64,000 nt of DNA, taken from contig JBEKGS010000006.1 of the NCBI GenBank assembly GCA_050012675.1, positions 65,889 through 129,888 of the forward strand, given 5' to 3'. A model generated the notes under the pieces. It was not told the DNA's origin, ran no database searches, and was given only the letters and a program-made list of their open reading frames with translations. The translations under genes were made by a program, and so were the position numbers. The DNA is from Acidimicrobiales bacterium (GTDB taxonomy: Bacteria > Actinomycetota > Acidimicrobiia > Acidimicrobiales > Bog-793). This document shows positions 62,061-64,000 of the stretch, one piece after another. Position 1 is the first letter of the stretch. The number at the start of each line of letters is the position of its first letter.

Positions 62061-63551
62061 CTAGGACTTACGAGGCGCGGCTTGGTACTGGCCGTTCACG
62101 CGGCGTGGGAGACCGAGAGGGTTGGCTTCACGCAAGGCGGCCGGCAGCAAGGGATCAGGAACGCCTTGGTAAGCGACCGGGCGCAGGAAGCGGCCGATGG
62201 CGGCGGACCCCACAGAGGTGTGCAGCGGTGAGGTGGTCGCCGGGTAAGGGCCGCCGTGGTGGACGGCCCAGGTCACCGACAAAGTGGTCGGCCAGCCGTT
62301 CCAGACGACCCTGCCCGCCCTCTCCGCTAACTTGTCGAGCAGCCCCGGAACGATCGCGTCGTCGGGCTCGCCTTGAACCGTCGCGGTCAACTGGCCCTCG
62401 AGCATGGCGGCGACCGCGATCAACTGGGACTCGTCGTCGTACTCGGCGATGAGCGAGACGGGCCCGAAACACTCGGCCAGGAGGTGTTCGGCGTCTTCGA
62501 AGAGGCTCGCGACGCTCGTGCGCAACAGGGTTGGCGTCGTGGAGCCGTCCGGTTGCCGGACGCCCTCGGCGATGACCTCGACGTTCGGGCGACGTCGCAG
62601 GGCCTCGAGAGCTTCTTGGTAGCCGACGTCGATGCGCTCGTTGAGAAGTCGGGCCGAAGGCTGCGCGCCGACCGTGGCACCGAGGCCCTCACGGTCGATG
62701 ACGCCCCGGGGCAGCAACAAGACGCCGGGCTGGGTGCAGTACTGCCCGGCGCCGAGAGTGAATGAGGCGACGTAACCGGCGAGGATCTCGTCAAGGCGTG
62801 CCGCCGCGGCCCGCCTCGTCACGAACACGGGGTTCACACTTCCGAGCTCCCCGTAGAACGGGATGGGCGTTGGTCGGCTGGTTGCGATGTCGAACAGCAG
62901 ACGTCCCACCCGCGCCGATCCCGTGAAGGCCACTGCCGCGATGTCGGGATGGGTGACGAGAACGCGACCTGCGTCGTCGCCTTCGATCAGCGCGAACGTG
63001 CCCTCCGGCGCACCGGCGCCGTGCAGTGCCCCGGAGACGATGTCGCCGCACCGGGCGGACAGTCTCCTGTGACCGGGGTGTGCCTTGAGCACGACCGGGC
63101 ATCCGGCGGCCAGTGCTGAAGCCGAGTCGCCGCCTGCAACACTGAAGGCGAACGGGAAATTGCCCGCGGCGAACACCGCGACCGGGCCGAGCGGCCGGAG
63201 AAACCGTCGCAGGTCGGACCGCGGCCCCGGCGGCCAGAGATCGTCTCGGGCATCGATGCACGCCTGCAGATAGTCCCCCTCCTCGATCACACCGGCGAGG
63301 AAGCGGAGCTGGAAGGTTGTGCGCACGAGCTCCCCACGCAGGCGTGCCTCGGTCAAGTGGCTCTCTTCCATGGCAATCGGGACCAGCTCCTCGCCCGCGG
63401 CGTCCAGATGCCCGGCGACCACACGAAGCATCTCGGCTCTTTCCGCGGGATCGAGCGCCATAAAGCGGGGCGCGGCGGTGACCGCCTTGTTGACGACGTC
63501 TGACACCTCGAGCAGCGAGGTCTGAGTGGGCTTGTTGTCGTTGTCGGTCAC
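62061..63551 (-). CDS. Aldehyde dehydrogenase, 2,5-dioxovalerate (alpha-ketoglutarate semialdehyde) dehydrogenase-like
   Basis: ORF 62061..63623. GTG 63551 lies 4 nt after AAGGAG and avoids a 23-nt overlap with the upstream gene. FAAGNFPFAFSVAGGD, ELGSVNP, and catalytic Cys in GQYCTQPG. Confidence 0.8.
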   Translation of the reverse strand: MTDNDNKPTQTSLLEVSDVVNKAVTAAPRFMALDPAERAEMLRVVAGHLDAAGEELVPIAMEESHLTEARLRGELVRTTFQLRFLAGVIEEGDYLQACIDARDDLWPPGPRSDLRRFLRPLGPVAVFAAGNFPFAFSVAGGDSASALAAGCPVVLKAHPGHRRLSARCGDIVSGALHGAGAPEGTFALIEGDDAGRVLVTHPDIAAVAFTGSARVGRLLFDIATSRPTPIPFYGELGSVNPVFVTRRAAAARLDEILAGYVASFTLGAGQYCTQPGVLLLPRGVIDREGLGATVGAQPSARLLNERIDVGYQEALEALRRRPNVEVIAEGVRQPDGSTTPTLLRTSVASLFEDAEHLLAECFGPVSLIAEYDDESQLIAVAAMLEGQLTATVQGEPDDAIVPGLLDKLAERAGRVVWNGWPTTLSVTWAVHHGGPYPATTSPLHTSVGSAAIGRFLRPVAYQGVPDPLLPAALREANPLGLPRRVNGQYQAAPRKS

Positions 63552-63600
63552 GGGGCTCCTTGAAAGGACGGTCTTGGGCACATCCACCGTGGCAGGTCGC

Positions 63601-64000
63601 TCAAGCGCTTGCCCATGAGTCACTCGTCGCGTCCAGGATCGTGACTCCCCCGACGTACTCGGGCTCGGGGGGATCCCCGGGATACAGCTCGGCGAAGCTC
63701 TCGGCGTTGTCCTGCGGACAAAAGCCTATGGCGTCACCGCCCGCCGTCGACCACCAGCGGCGCGTGTTCGCCGAAACACCCCATACGAGTTGGAAACCCC
63801 GGCGCGACGTCAAAAGTGACGCCCTCGTCAGCCGTATGAAGTCGGCGGGCGAGAGCCACGTGGACAACATGCGACGGTTCTCGGGAGTGTCGAAGCACGA
63901 GCCGATGCGGAGACAGACGATGTCCATCGAGAACTTGGCGCTGTAGTACTGGCAAAGGGCCTCCGCCGCCGCCTTGCTGGCGCCGTAGAGGCTGTCGGGC
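63601..64000 (-). CDS. udh: Uronate dehydrogenase-like NAD-dependent epimerase/dehydratase family protein, 5' end beyond window
   Basis: ORF 63601..63927 stays open upstream to the window edge. My translation is PDSLYGASKAAAEALCQYYSAKFSMDIVCLRIGSCFDTPENRRMLSTWLSPADFIRL...GVSANTRRWW. It has the YxxxK motif and the LRIGSCF and TWLS blocks I remember from Agrobacterium/Pseudomonas Udh. Confidence 0.75.
   Translation of the reverse strand, partial: PDSLYGASKAAAEALCQYYSAKFSMDIVCLRIGSCFDTPENRRMLSTWLSPADFIRLTRASLLTSRRGFQLVWGVSANTRRWWSTAGGDAIGFCPQDNAESFAELYPGDPPEPEYVGGVTILDATSDSWASA

Noticed and set aside
1-64000. A search by eye for CRISPR arrays, tRNA/rRNA/tmRNA/SRP RNA, IS elements, integrases, phage or conjugation genes, toxin-antitoxin pairs, reverse transcriptases, and RiPP or NRPS/PKS genes.
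   Set aside because: None were found. There are no regularly spaced direct repeats, no T-loop/acceptor combinations, and no transposase, integrase or DDE motifs in any listed ORF. A covariance-model scan (Infernal, tRNAscan-SE) would be needed to exclude small RNAs formally.

Overview
This is a GC-rich bacterial chromosome segment (by eye about two-thirds G+C, not computed). Gene content and order look like Actinomycetota, possibly a deep-branching lineage such as Acidimicrobiia; that placement is inference only. All family names come from motifs I recognised in the supplied translations. No database search or computation was run.

I can support about 64 protein-coding genes. I found no rRNA, tRNA, CRISPR array, transposase, integrase or prophage genes.

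Layout:
- 1-2.8 kb: a methyltransferase fragment, a hypothetical protein, a lone RmlC-like cupin and a RodZ-like membrane protein.
- 2.9-7.3 kb: suf Fe-S operon (sufB, a Cys4 ORF, sufD, a Rieske protein, sufC) with no sufR, sufS or sufU.
- 7.3-11.5 kb: a stand-alone RAM-domain protein, an MFS transporter, and a three-gene module (Tat-signal mini-protein, signal-less DUF4331 protein, His-rich protein).
- 11.5-14.4 kb: pckG and thiL.
- 14.4-33.7 kb: the classic conserved block rpmB / yloV-recG-rsmD-coaD-X-yceD-rpmF-plsX-acpP-rnc-mutM-smc-ftsY-ffh-rpsP-KH-rimM-trmD-rplS-DUF2469, with many 4-nt stop/start overlaps.
- 33.8-39.7 kb: a minus-strand signalling trio (zinc-ribbon/cyclase/STAND-ATPase/TPR protein, PAS-GGDEF-EAL protein, small zinc-ribbon protein).
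- 39.9-42.6 kb: an amino-acid ABC importer.
- 42.8-44.6 kb: an ECF sigma factor with a membrane partner carrying Asp-box (BNR) repeats.
- 44.9-64.0 kb: a sugar-acid/uronate catabolic island, probably LacI-controlled, that runs off the right edge.

Best candidates for something undescribed:
1. The Tat mini-protein/DUF4331/His-rich module.
2. The catabolic island, especially its E2-less TPP-dependent E1 alpha/beta pair, the muconolactone-isomerase-like gene and two paralogous enolase-superfamily genes.
3. The Cys4 ORF embedded between sufB and sufD.

Sequence-level oddities:
- rnc can only start at a CTG codon.
- The DUF2469 gene is split across two reading frames.
- A LacI-type operator occurs twice.
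- There are several strong hairpins and palindromes.
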